In this document: one piece after another, positions 11,733-22,969 of the stretch
Numbering within the stretch: the stretch's first letter is position 1
Layout of the letters: each line of letters starts with the position of its first letter
Source of the DNA: Selaginella moellendorffii
Taxonomy: Eukaryota > Plantae > Lycopodiophyta
Assembly (NCBI RefSeq): GCF_000143415.4
Contig: NW_003314290.1
Span: 797,586-861,585, forward strand
DNA: 64,000 nt
Direction of reading: 5' to 3'
The notes under the pieces: generated by a model
What the model was told of the DNA's origin: nothing
Database searches by the model: none
Seen by the model: the letters and a program-made list of their open reading frames with translations, nothing else
Translations under genes and position numbers: made by a program

Positions 11733-12126
11733 CTCGCCTCCTGTTCACGAAGGGAAACAATGATACTGAAACGAACAAGAGAGCGAACCCTAGGCCAACC
11801 TCCCAACCCTTAAGGCGTTACGGCCTTAAATCCCACAGGCCATGGAATATTCTCGGAATATTCCCGTGGTTCGTGTCATTCTCCCCTCCCTCATGACCCA
11901 GCCACATACGGTAGCCTTGAGAAGCTAAACGAGCCTCAAATGAAGGGAGTCCAAGGCAATACGGCCATGGAGAAATGATGTGCAAACGGCAACACCAACA
12001 TCGCAACAAACGGTCACGAAAGAAAGAAAGCAATACGGCTTTCTCACATGACAATACGGTCATGGAAAACAAGAGAATGAGAATAGAACAAACGGCTCAA
12101 ATCATATAGCAATACGGCTATAGAAC

Positions 12127-13950
12127 TCAATTCTCCCCTTCCTCAGGAATGTCATCCAAGTCATAACCAAAACTCGGAAACACTCTCTTCACGTCATCCT
12201 CAATTTCCCATGTAACTTCGTCCATGGAATAACCATTCCACTGAACTAACAACTCCCTAGTTGTTTTCCGGCGTGTTTTCACCAATCTTTGAGCAAGAAT
12301 ATTGGCCGGACCAGCCTTCTCTGCATCAATCTCTGGAACTTGGATGATGGACTGATCCACGATATCACCAAAGTGCAAACACACTTTAAGCTTGCTCACA
12401 TGGAACGTTGGATGAATCTTCGAACTAACTGGCAAATCCAAAGTGTATGCAAGATCCCCCACACGCTGTAAAATTGTCCAAGGCCCACAATACCGTGGGG
12501 ACAACTTAGCACTACCACTTCCTTTTAGAGATCGTTGTGCATCCGACAGCTTAAGGAAAACCTTGTCACCAACTTTGTACTCTTGATGACGACGATGCTC
12601 ATCAGCCAATCTTTTGTCTCGTTCTTGAGCTTGCCTCATGTTCAATTTTGCCAACTCAAGCTTGTCTTGCATATCCTCCAAGAAATCGCAAGCATGAGGA
12701 ACCCGAACCAAAGCCAAATTCAAACTCACAGGAGATCTAGGCTCATAGCCATACATCGCCATAAAAGGAGACATGCCAATAGCCGATTGATGAGCGCTAT
12801 TGTGAGCAAACTGAAGCAAAGGCAAGTATTTTTCCCATACTCCCTGTCGAGTCAAGTTTCCCACAAAAGACCGTAGCATATCTTCTAATAGCTGATTCAT
12901 GCGCTTTGTCTGCCCATCAGATTGTGGATGCTCACCACTACTCATGCTCAATTTAGTCTCTAGTTTTTCAAAGACCGTTTGCCAAAACTTGGACGTGAAC
13001 TTAGGATCCCGATCACTCACAATGTCACCCGGCAAACCATAGAGACTGAATAACCAGTCTACAAACAACTGAGCAAGTTCAGAAGCTTTTATCGTTGTCT
13101 TCACAGGGAAGAAGTGAGCCATCTTCGTCAAACGATCCACAACAACCCAAATAGCATCATTTCCTCGAAAGGTTTTGGGCAAACTAGTGATAAAGTCTAT
13201 CGAGATGCTATCCCACTTATTCTCGGGTACACGTAAAAGATGATAGAGGCCAGCGAGCTTCTGATGATCAACTTTGACCGCCTGGCAGGTCAAACAACCA
13301 CGTACTTACTTTTCAACATCTGACTTCATCCCAGGCCAAAAGAAATGCCTCTTCACCAACATATATGTTCTCAATACCCCCGGATGCCCAGCACTTGGCA
13401 CATCATGACACTCAACCAAAATCTGTTTGATGAGTTTGTCAACACGAGGAACCACAACACGTCCCTTCTTTACCAGGATTCCATCTCGTATTTCGAATGA
13501 CGCAAACTTGTCACCCTTTAAATCTGTAGAGGCGTCCCTCAACAAAACCTTCGCGCAAATATCAGTGATGAAGGAGTCAAAGTCAGCAAACTCCTTAAGC
13601 TCATCCAAGAGATCGCTGGATAGCTTCACGAACGAGATAGAATTTACCATCCTGGATAATGCATCAGCCACTTTATTATCACCTCCATGCTTGTACCGGA
13701 TCTTAACAGACATTTCCTGCAGGAACTCTTGCCAACGAGCAAGGCGGCCTCGAAGATCCACATCTGGAGAGACTGATGATCTGAAACTACATGGAAGTCT
13801 GATCCATATAGATAGTGTCGCCATTCTTGAGTAAGTCAATTCTGCTGTGTGACATCAAACTTGTGGCTCATGAAGGCAAGAGAATGCCTAACTTGAAGCA
13901 ATACGGCCCCAAAAGCACTATCACTCACATCATTGCCTATAATTTCCACC
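12127..13950 (-). pseudogene. Defective RNase H-integrase-chromodomain
   Basis: RH remnants (DVSDSAFGAVL, EWRHYL, VADALSR) with frameshifts. In-frame TAA at 13306-13308 within the HHCC region. DGQTKRMN in place of DGQTERMN. Chromodomain LLVQWNGY...TWE. Confidence 0.88.
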
Positions 13951-13962
13951 ACAGTCACCTTA

Positions 13963-14958
13963 TCATTCATTGAGCCCTTCAGAACAATCCTTGCTCTGAT
14001 GTCCAGCTTTATGGCAACGAAAACAATTGCCCTCCGCCTTATCTCTCTCACGGTGGTCCAAACGAAATTTCTTAGCCTCACTGCCATCTTCATACTTTGA
14101 GCCACAAGGGAATAACAACCGTTTCTTCCCCGAATATGAAGCATTGGCGAGCTGGTCATCACGTTGACCACCCCGGAGACCATCCTTTTGACCAACGTTG
14201 ACCGAGTTGACCGACGGTTTGGGCGAAAAGATTTGAGCCTTAGTGATAGCATCAGTCAATGTTGCTGGAAAATCCTTCTTGACCTTCTGCTGCACATCCA
14301 CCGAGCTCAATCCTTTGATAAAACATTGCACCTTTAGCAGCTCATTATAGGTGCCCATGAGACTAAGGCAAAGATCATGGAACTTGCGGGCATACGCATC
14401 CAAAGACAAAGTCCCCTGCCGGATCTCTAACAACTGATTCACGAGATCAACCTCTTCAAACTTCTTGACAAACGAAGCGCGGAAAACCTTTGTCAAATCA
14501 GTCCAAGACGTCGGCGTCGGATTAGCTTTGATGTAGTTCTTCCACCACGAAGAAGCATGGCCCGTAAGCTTCGTCACAAAGAAATCTATCTTCACCTTAT
14601 CCTCACAAGGATTGTGAGACCAACAACTTTCCCACAATTCCAACCAAGAATCAACCTCTTGACTATCACAAACATCCGGTGATGATTTCCATTCCACAAT
14701 ACCATAATCCTTGGCATGCTTGACGTACCAATGGTAATCACGGACATGAGATTGATTCAACCCTTGAGGGTTCATGCGAAGCAAGAAATCCTTGATGAGA
14801 TTGACGGAATCCTTAACCTCCTTTATGTCGCTCTGAACTGCAGAAATCTGGCGTCCTTGCCGCAAAACGACATCATCAAGAGTCTCTTCCGCATCGTCAT
14901 GGTTATCCTCACTAACGCCATACTCCTCATCAGGATCAATATCTTGCTCACCCGCCAT
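13963..14958 (-). CDS. gag: Gag of the short element
   Basis: Open frame from MAGEQDIDP, with ASSWW, IRQGTLSLDAY and the knuckle CFRCHKAGHQSKDC. Confidence 0.88.
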   Translation of the reverse strand: MAGEQDIDPDEEYGVSEDNHDDAEETLDDVVLRQGRQISAVQSDIKEVKDSVNLIKDFLLRMNPQGLNQSHVRDYHWYVKHAKDYGIVEWKSSPDVCDSQEVDSWLELWESCWSHNPCEDKVKIDFFVTKLTGHASSWWKNYIKANPTPTSWTDLTKVFRASFVKKFEEVDLVNQLLEIRQGTLSLDAYARKFHDLCLSLMGTYNELLKVQCFIKGLSSVDVQQKVKKDFPATLTDAITKAQIFSPKPSVNSVNVGQKDGLRGGQRDDQLANASYSGKKRLLFPCGSKYEDGSEAKKFRLDHRERDKAEGNCFRCHKAGHQSKDCSEGLNE

Positions 14959-15317
14959 CCCCAAAAGAACGTGCTGCTCCGATACCAATGAAACGAACAA
15001 GAGAGCGAACCCTAGGCCAACCTCCCAACCCTTAAGGCGTTACGGCCTTAAATCCCACAGGCCATAGAATATTCTCGGAATATTCCCGTGGTTCGTGTCA
15101 GATACCTTCTTTTAAACAGGGAATTATCCAAAGCTAGATTTCTTAGCTGATTGAATAAGCTAGAACAAAGCTCGAAGCAAGCAGCTGCGTCAGGCCCTGG
15201 AGGAGCAACCTCTTCAAAGATCAGGTCACTTCCAGTTCGTCGAAGAGAAATTACCTTGTTAGACCACGTCCGTGTTGTGTCGGACTTACAGAAAGTAGAG
15301 CGCGCTCCTCCTGGACG

Positions 15318-16087
15318 ATGATCCTCCTGACCTCGAGCTCCTTCCTGGGACGCCCAAAAATATCCGATCCAGCTCCTCCTCAGATTTAGCAGAACCAAAT
15401 ACGTAATTGCTTCTCATGCTATATTACCGTGCAAAGCACCCCTTGCAGTCGGCTCCAAGTTCCTGCAGCCATGAATCTGAGGAAAGCAACCAGAAACACC
15501 AAGAGCAGGAATTCTTTGCAACGAACTGCAAAGTACGTACTTGGACATGAAATTCTCCCGTGACCATCGATCGTTGCTATGAGCCGCCGCTTCCTGCAAA
15601 AAGGAGAAGAGCTCTCTTTTACGTTACCAACCATGAAGAATTGGGGGGGGAAGTGGTACTTACAAAAACTGCCAGTCTGAATCAAGACAATGCTCTTCTC
15701 GCTGGTGGAATGATCGAATCGAGTTTGTTAGTAAGTGAAGGAGCCTCAAGAAAAGAAAACGAGTTTTGAGGAGGAAAAATGGGGAAACAAGTACTCAACT
15801 TCAGAGATTTGGTCCTCCGCAACCACCAGCGTTTTCACTGACTGTGGCAGCCGCTCGATCCTATTTCCTGGAAGAAAGAAAGGAAAACTCTCATTCAAGA
15901 TTGTCATAAAGAGTTTACTGTCCAGTTCCATCGCGTAGTAGCTGAAAGGCGCTCTGGATCAAACACAAATCTCCAGCTGGAATTAGAGGGCAAACGAATG
16001 TCTGGATGAAGATCGTACCTGTTGGGGATCGACCCAAGAACACCATAAACCCTAGTGCCGCAAAGCCCGGAGCTTTAGGGTTTAAGG
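15318..16087. repeat. Left arm of a long imperfect inverted repeat
   Basis: Reverse complement of 17998-18723; the same peptides appear on opposite strands in the ORF track. Confidence 0.93.
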
Positions 16088-16093
16088 GAGACG

Positions 16094-16996
16094 ATGCCGC
16101 GATCGTTTGAAGCGGTGTTTGCGCGCGCGCTCGAGGCAGTGGAGCGCAAGGCGGAGCACGACGACGATCTCGACTGGCAGGCATGGAACAACCGCGAGGA
16201 GTGCACCGTGGGTAAGCGCTGGAGCGTCGCCAAGCTCAATCGCTACCTCGAGATATGGAAGCTAGGGGTGTCGTGCGTCATGCGCCCCGGCGGCAAAGTT
16301 ATCGCCGTGGAGCGTCAGCACGAATCCTTCGTCGCTGGGTACGTGAGGGATAGATTCATGTCCAGGAGGGATGGGATGGAGCCTCTGGGGAGCAGGACGT
16401 GGGGACTACTCTACGTTCCATTTGCCCATCTCCCCAGGGGGAGCATCAAGCTCCTCACCATGGAAGCCTTCCATGCCGCGCTCTACCAGCTCGAGCCCAA
16501 CAATGGCAAGTACCTGACCAATCGCCCATGCCCGCGCTTCATCCTCGACATCGGCCAGTGCCAGACGCTGCCCGAGCTCCTCTCCTACAAGGACGCCTAC
16601 TTCCATAGCCCCGGCTCCAAGGTCCAGATCTTCCTGGCGATCAAGTTGTACGTGAAGACGCAGCTGAGGCAGATGGTGGCGGTGTTGCTCGACCGATATG
16701 GCGATGCTAGAGCCATCTCGTTTGGAGAGGAAGCGCTCCATCCCGTGACTGTGGCGTGGCTGGAGGAGCAGGGGATTCCATTGGCCGGAGTGGGACACTG
16801 CGGGGTGGAATGCGATCGACCAGGCATTCCGAGCTACGAGATCAAGCTTGAAATCGCCAAGGTGCTCGAGGGTGGGGATGATGTCGACACCGTTCGGGAG
16901 AAGTGTGGCGACCATGTTACGCTGGATCTCTACTGGGTCAAGACTGAGTTTCACAATAGCGCTCGTTTGCAACCCCAGCATATCCTAAGTAATTAG
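16094..16996 (+). CDS. Intronless Uma2-like nuclease-fold protein with a degenerate active site
   Basis: 300-aa ORF colinear with 2789-3421: PCPRFILDIGQCQTL, FLAIKLY, MVAVLLDR, ISFG, GVGHCGVECDRPGIPSY, LDLYWVK. Confidence 0.72.
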   Translation: MPRSFEAVFARALEAVERKAEHDDDLDWQAWNNREECTVGKRWSVAKLNRYLEIWKLGVSCVMRPGGKVIAVERQHESFVAGYVRDRFMSRRDGMEPLGSRTWGLLYVPFAHLPRGSIKLLTMEAFHAALYQLEPNNGKYLTNRPCPRFILDIGQCQTLPELLSYKDAYFHSPGSKVQIFLAIKLYVKTQLRQMVAVLLDRYGDARAISFGEEALHPVTVAWLEEQGIPLAGVGHCGVECDRPGIPSYEIKLEIAKVLEGGDDVDTVREKCGDHVTLDLYWVKTEFHNSARLQPQHILSN

Positions 16997-17439
16997 CAGC
17001 TAGCATATCTCTGCGCTGGAGAATTCCTCGCGATTTCACCTTCTTGAATCCATAGGGCGTGCTGTGTTTGTGGCTTGCATCCTCTCCAATTAGCTGCTTT
17101 TCTCGCCCTCCTCGCCTAGGAATTCCTCTTGCTTGGATTCCAGCGCCCATTCTCAGAAAGGTTTCTGATCTCAGTGGTTAAGTCCAGGAAAATGAAGGAA
17201 GACTTCTTTACTTTTGTAAAGTCCAAAGAACTATAAGAGATAAGAGATCTTAAAACCAACAAGCGAAACAAAAACTCAGAGTATTTGGAAAGAATTCAAG
17301 AGATTTTTGAAGCTCAATGGAATAATCAAAGAGCTCACAAGATTCGATCTAGTAAAAGAAATCACACAAACCAGGCTTGTGTACATTGATCTCCCGGCAG
17401 TGAATCTCTGCTATACTCTACCTGGATATTCTTGCTTGG

Positions 17440-17511
17440 TCTGGATGTGACAGTTGATTGATCTCTTGAGAATGATCTGGATGTGATAGTTGATTGATCT
17501 CTTGAGAATGA
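17440..17511. repeat. 36-bp tandem duplication
   Basis: tctggatgtga(c/t)agttgattgatctcttgagaatga x2. Confidence 0.85.
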
Positions 17512-17997
17512 TCGGGATGTTCTTCTTCTGGATGTGATAGGCCTAGTTGATGACAATGGACTTCTGCTATACTCTAAACATCGGGAACGCAATGAAAACC
17601 CGGAGTGGACCAGTGACTTTGGTCCTGGAGTGATCGGTGTTCCCGTCACACATCCAGGCGCTGATACTGGGCTCCAAGCTAGAGAATACTTTGAATTACG
17701 GGGCAGTGAGATCTGCAACTTGGAATAACAGCGGCTTTGCTTCTCCCAATCAACCTGAGGGCACCGATGGGTATAATGTGGGATTCGTTAGATACACTTG
17801 GAGGTTCCTGCTTCCCAAAGGGATCAGGCAGTTCGTGAGCTTCTTTACGAGTGTCGACGATGAAGAAGACGATGACGATCAGAATGAAGGGTCTGAGAGA
17901 GCTGAACTAGATAGATGGCACAACTTGGAAGTGTCGTTTGAGGTCATATGCAACACAGACGAAGAGTTATTGCATGGCAACTTGAGCTAACAAGTAA

Positions 17998-18723
17998 CCT
18001 TAAACCCTGGGCTTTGCGGCACTAGGGTTTATGGTGTTCTTCCCAACAGGTACGATCTTCATCCAGGCATTCGTTTGCCCTCTAATTCCAGCTGGAGATT
18101 GTTTGATCCAGAGACACGATGGAACTGGACAGTAAACTCTTTATGACAATCTTGAATGAGTCTTTCTTCCAGGAAATTGCTGCCACAGTCAGTGAAAACG
18201 CTGGTGGTTGCGGAGGACCAAATCTCTGAAGTTCATTTTTCCTCCTCAAATTGGAAAAGTTTTCTTTTCTTGAGGCTCCTTCACTTACTAACAAACTCGA
18301 TTCGATCATTCCACCAGCGAGACAGCAACCAAGAGCATTGTCTTGATTCAGACTGGCAGTTTTTGTAAGTACCACTTCCCTCCCAATTCTTCATGGTTGG
18401 TAACGTAAAAGAGAGCTCTTCTCCTTTTTGCAGGAAGCGGCGGCTCATAGCAACGATCGATGGTCACGGGAGAATTTCATGTCCAAGTACGTACTTTGCA
18501 GGTCGTTGCAAAGAATTCCTGCTCTTGGTGTTTCTGATTGCTTTCCTCAGATTCAGCAAGCTCAGGGAGTGGCTGCAGGAACTTGGAGCCGACTGCAAGG
18601 GGTGCTTTGCACGGTATTATAGCATGAGAAGCGATTGCGTACTTTGTTGTGCTAAATCTGAGGAGGAGTTGGATCGGATATTTTGGGGCGTCCCAGGAAG
18701 GAGCTCGAGGTCAGGAGGATCAT
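17998..18723. repeat. Right arm of the long imperfect inverted repeat
   Basis: Reverse complement of 15318-16087. Confidence 0.93.
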
Positions 18724-19177
18724 TCTGTAACTTGTTCTGGCGGATGGAGCTGCTCGAGGTCAGGAGCATGGCAGTTGTGCCAATTATGCTAGCCAACTCG
18801 ATGATGAGCAAGTCACTTTTCTGTCGGAAAACTCTAGACTGGACGTGTGCTTACTCAGAGATCATACAGGAGGATGGTACGTTTGCAACAAGAGAAGCAA
18901 GCTGCTAATGCCTTTTGCATTCGCATTGCAACGCATATTGCTCTTTTTTTACCTTCGGATTGGTGGTGTAAAGCAAGAACACACATTCTCTAAAGCTAAA
19001 AGACCACTTAAAGCGTGGCTTTTGAAGGGTAGAAAAGGCATAATAAGATTCGACTGTTGAATTAAATTGAATAGTATTCCATCAACAAATTAAAACAAGC
19101 AATGGTGTTAACAAAAACGTCCATCCGGGACTAAAACACGTCAGTGTCTCGGACTCCCTATCAGCATCTACCCGTCA

Positions 19178-20086
19178 CTATATCGGACTTCTAAGGAGTT
19201 CGACGAACCGTGTCCGGTGCTTATACTCCTCTTCATCTACGTCTTCGAGCCTCGTTCTTTCCAGACAAAAATGGCGACCGAGAGCGTCTTCCAGTAGCTC
19301 CGCAAGTTCTTCGCGATACGAGAGATAGTCTTTGAGCTTGCAGATGAAATCGCCGTGGGATCGGCCCTGTGCGAGATTTACATACAGCTCAAGCTCATAG
19401 AACGAAGTAACGAAAACTCGCTCACCAGTCGATACGCTGGAGCGCGGCGCGGAATAGTCAAGTAAGCCATTCGTGCCGGGCTATAGTCCCAGAGGAAGGA
19501 AGTGTGGTGGAGCCAGCGATCTTTGGAGATGGACTCGGCATTTCCAGCGATCTTCGTCTGCCCGAACGCATAGTCTGTCCAGCACTCACGAAGAACAGTC
19601 GCCAAAGAAACTCTTTTATCTCTCCGGTACCTTGCTCGTGAACTGTGAAGTCTGGATTGTCCAAAAAAACGTTCTTGTACAGCTCTCCGGTCCATTTCAG
19701 TATAGTCCTGGGGAAGAGTTCCAGCGATGGAATCGCCTTTCGCGAGCAAATGAGCGTGACAAAGAGCGTATCTTCGTCCACAATCACAGTCCCGCCGCCG
19801 GAGAAGCGTCGCACGACAGGGATTCCATCCCGGGACACGGCGTCCACATCCAGAAGCTCTTCCGGGCTCCTGGGGCACGGATCCATCAACAAAAACGCGC
19901 GCATTTGGGGAGAATCTCTTCTTACCCGCTCACTCCCATGACGATCGTGGGAGGCGATGTCCCATTGTTGAAGACGCACCAATTCTCATCGGACTTGTGC
20001 ATCAATCGCTCCTCGAGCTGGAGCTGCCGGAAGATGGGGAATCCCTGGAGCCGTAGCACTCGCATTGCGGGCCTCATCGCCGCCAT
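19178..20086 (-). CDS. Lipoate-protein ligase A-like (BPL/LPL family) protein, spliced
   Basis: Motifs QLQLEERL, RRFSGGGTVIVD, KIAGNAES, RWLHHTSFLWDY, YRL-GRSHGDF; short GT-AG introns. Confidence 0.9.
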
Positions 20087-20191
20087 CCAAGAGCCCTAAA
20101 AAGTCGCTCTTTCTAGTCCACGTAGAGACACGTGGCAAGATGCGCATTTGTCACGCAAGCCCTAATCCTTTATTTTAAATTTTTTGAATCT

Positions 20192-22795
20192 CTACTTTGA
20201 AGCCGCGTAGGCCTCTGGAACTGGCTCCGTCTTGCCAGTGATTCCTTGCTTGAGATTCTTAAAGTTTTCTTCGTAGTTTTTCTCGGCAGGAGGATTGCTG
20301 GGATCGATGGAGAAGGGTTCACTGAAAGGAACCGTGCTCTTCACCTGTTAGAGAGAAACGCAAAAGAAAAACCATGAATCGGGAAGGGGAAAACGAAGAG
20401 AAACTCTACCTCGAATGTCACATTGCAAGCTGCGGGAGATTCCAGAGCAGCCACGCAAATCCGTGCAACTTCTTCTCGCGAAATCTTTCCCTGTGCAATG
20501 ACAATCAAAGAAATGTGAGAAACAGCTCCAAATGAGATACTGAAACAGCTCATACTGTGATGTTGTCTCCCTGATCAAACTGTAGCTCTGCTCCTGCTGG
20601 CTCTTCTGTAAGCGCACAGGGTCTGACGATCGTGAAAGGCACCCCACTCTCTCGTATAAGATCCTCTCCCTGAGAGACGACTTCATAAGCTTGAGCTTTG
20701 AGCCAAACTACTCCCGTGCAAGTTTACCTTGAGTTTGTAAGTGAGTATGTCTCCAAGCTCTTTATTGAGCCGGACTGCTGGTGGCTGCTTACTTAGATCC
20801 AATCCTGGTCTGTCCGGTCTCGTAACGCCAGCAGAACTTACGTGAACAAGCCTGCACGAAGAGAACTATTCAAAAGCTTATAACGAAACTCGGGACTATA
20901 CCTCGGTGTAACAGGCTCACTGAGATAAGCTTTGATGCTTGCGATTGGAATCGCAAACGAACCTGGTTCAAACGTTGGATTAAGCCTGCCATCGTACTCG
21001 AACTTGCTGTACATGAGCTACAAAGAGAGGCAAAACGAAACTGGAAGTCGAGAAAAATGGCTACATGAACATACCTGTAGCGAAGCGATGCTCGAGACGT
21101 CAAACGGTGGAGCGTCTTGGACAGTTCGTGCTCGAAAAACTGGCACGAAGCTTGAAAATGGGACCCGAACCTACAAGAGTGGTTTCCAGCTTCCACGCAA
21201 AAGGTAAGAAACATGACGTTTACCTGTGTCCAAGAGTTCTTCTGTGTGTCAAAGCTCGCAGTGTATCCGGTTCCGTCCCAATCTTTGGAAACGCGGACAA
21301 TCAGCTTCAATCTTTGGCCGTTTCCTTTGAGCCGGAGCTCCAGGCCGTCGTACGCGGACAAGTCCAGCACTGGATCAAAGTTCTGTCAAGCCATACATGA
21401 GATCTAATGCTCTTAGCCGGAGTGACTACTACACCTTTGTTCTTATGCTCGCAAAGCCTCCATTGTTTGCAGTCGAGACAACTCCTATACAGCACAAGAG
21501 CGAAGTTGTTACACAGTTTCTTCTGGAAAGTTGAAAATACCTCTGAAGATCCCAACTGGCTCATCTCCCTCTCGGCCAACTTGCAGAAAACTTTCGCTCA
21601 CACCGCCCATAACAACATCGTCCAAAGATCCCCACGCGGGCCCGAAAGGAATGCCATTCTCTACGACCAAGACGGGACATAATTGTGCAAGAATAAACAA
21701 TATCACTCTCTTACCATAGAAGCCAATCAAAAGCCTTCCTTGCAGCAGTCCAACATGATCTTTTACAGCATCAATCAAGTTTTTCATTCCCTGGTATTCC
21801 ACTGCTTCTGGTGGATCGCCTTTAATCTGGAACATCAAAGTAAGAATAGGAAAACAAACTAAAAAATGAACTCACCTCTGGCATAAAAAACTTTATGCCC
21901 TGCAAAGTGTATCAATAAAAAATGAGAATTGAATTGATCGAGCTAGAAGCAATGGTCTCTTATTACCTGAGAGTACTTTTGCCTATCCGGTGTATCTCCC
22001 TCCTTGGGTCCTACAATAACCGAGGCCGCGCTTATCACTTTCTTCACTCCATGAAAGTAGTGAGGTAGCAGTGTAGCTTTCTTCGTTACATCTCCAGTCA
22101 CCTGAGATCTTGCCAGACGAAAGTAGATTACCACCAGTTTTCAATGATCTATAGCTATACTCACAATATCTGTGTCTGGTCCCAGTAAAGTTCTAGCCTT
22201 CTCGGTATTCCTGACCTGCATGTCAAAACGATAAGACACAGAGTTGAAATGCGAGAATTCCATTACCAGGACACGAACAGGAATGCCTTTTTTTCTCAGG
22301 ACATCCACCACTCTCTTCCCAACGCCTCCAGTTGCACCGGTGACAAGAACTAAATCTCCGTTCTTTGCTTTGCTGGCTGCCATTGGCACTGCTTCTCGAG
22401 ACTTCGTAAACCTTTCCGTGATGGATTGCACCAGCTGAAAGACACTGTTAGTTTAGATACGAAACCGGATTACGTTGAAGCAAACCTTTGGGAAAGACGG
22501 CTCGTTGAAAAAGAAGACAGTCTTCAGAAATCGTCCAAAATCCCAGGAAGCAACAGCTGCTGCCTGAGATGGGGAGCTACAAGCAAGCTTGGTTCGTCCC
22601 GGATGGCTTGTAAAACTTCCGCAAGCTCCCTGAAAGCAAGGAAAGCTAGATAAGAAGCTGCTTGCATTGTCAGTCCAGACAACGTAAGGTACTCACCAAA
22701 AACCCAGAGCGCAAGCAAGGCCTTGAGCTGTTCTTCGCACTGTCCACTGCCGAGAACAACTGTGGATAGTTTACCGCCCCGGCTGCTATCGCCAT
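20192..22795 (-). CDS. Plastid-type NAD(P)-binding Rossmann plus CIA30-domain protein (HCF173-related family), multi-exon
   Basis: Motifs VLVTGATGGVGKRVV, WGSLDDVVMGGVSES, DLSAYDGLELRLKG, GKISREEVARICVAAL. Confidence 0.9.
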
Positions 22796-22969
22796 CCCTC
22801 CGCTACGAAGACGCTGGAAACCTCATATGCTGCCAAGATAACGAAAAAAAAAAAATCGTCGTCCACGCGTCCACCAAAAAAGCTCGTAGCGAAGTGTCAA
22901 AATTCCGGCATAGATCCCGACTGCGATGGTTCCACCAAAGAGTTCTTTCCTCCATCTTGCGAGAAAAGC

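Larger units (their letters stand above)
11767..15100 (-). mobile_element. Short non-autonomous Ty3/gypsy chromovirus (112-bp LTRs, intact gag, no PR/RT, defective RH-IN-chromo)
   Basis: LTRs at 11767-11878 and 14989-15100 differ at one base. TSD GATAC at 11762-11766 and 15101-15105. Minus-strand PBS TGGTATCGGAGC at ~14976-14987. PPT at 11879-11893. Confidence 0.95.

Noticed and set aside
17534-17990. Second gene within the inverted-repeat spacer
   Set aside because: Fragmented frames with stops and no recognisable domain.
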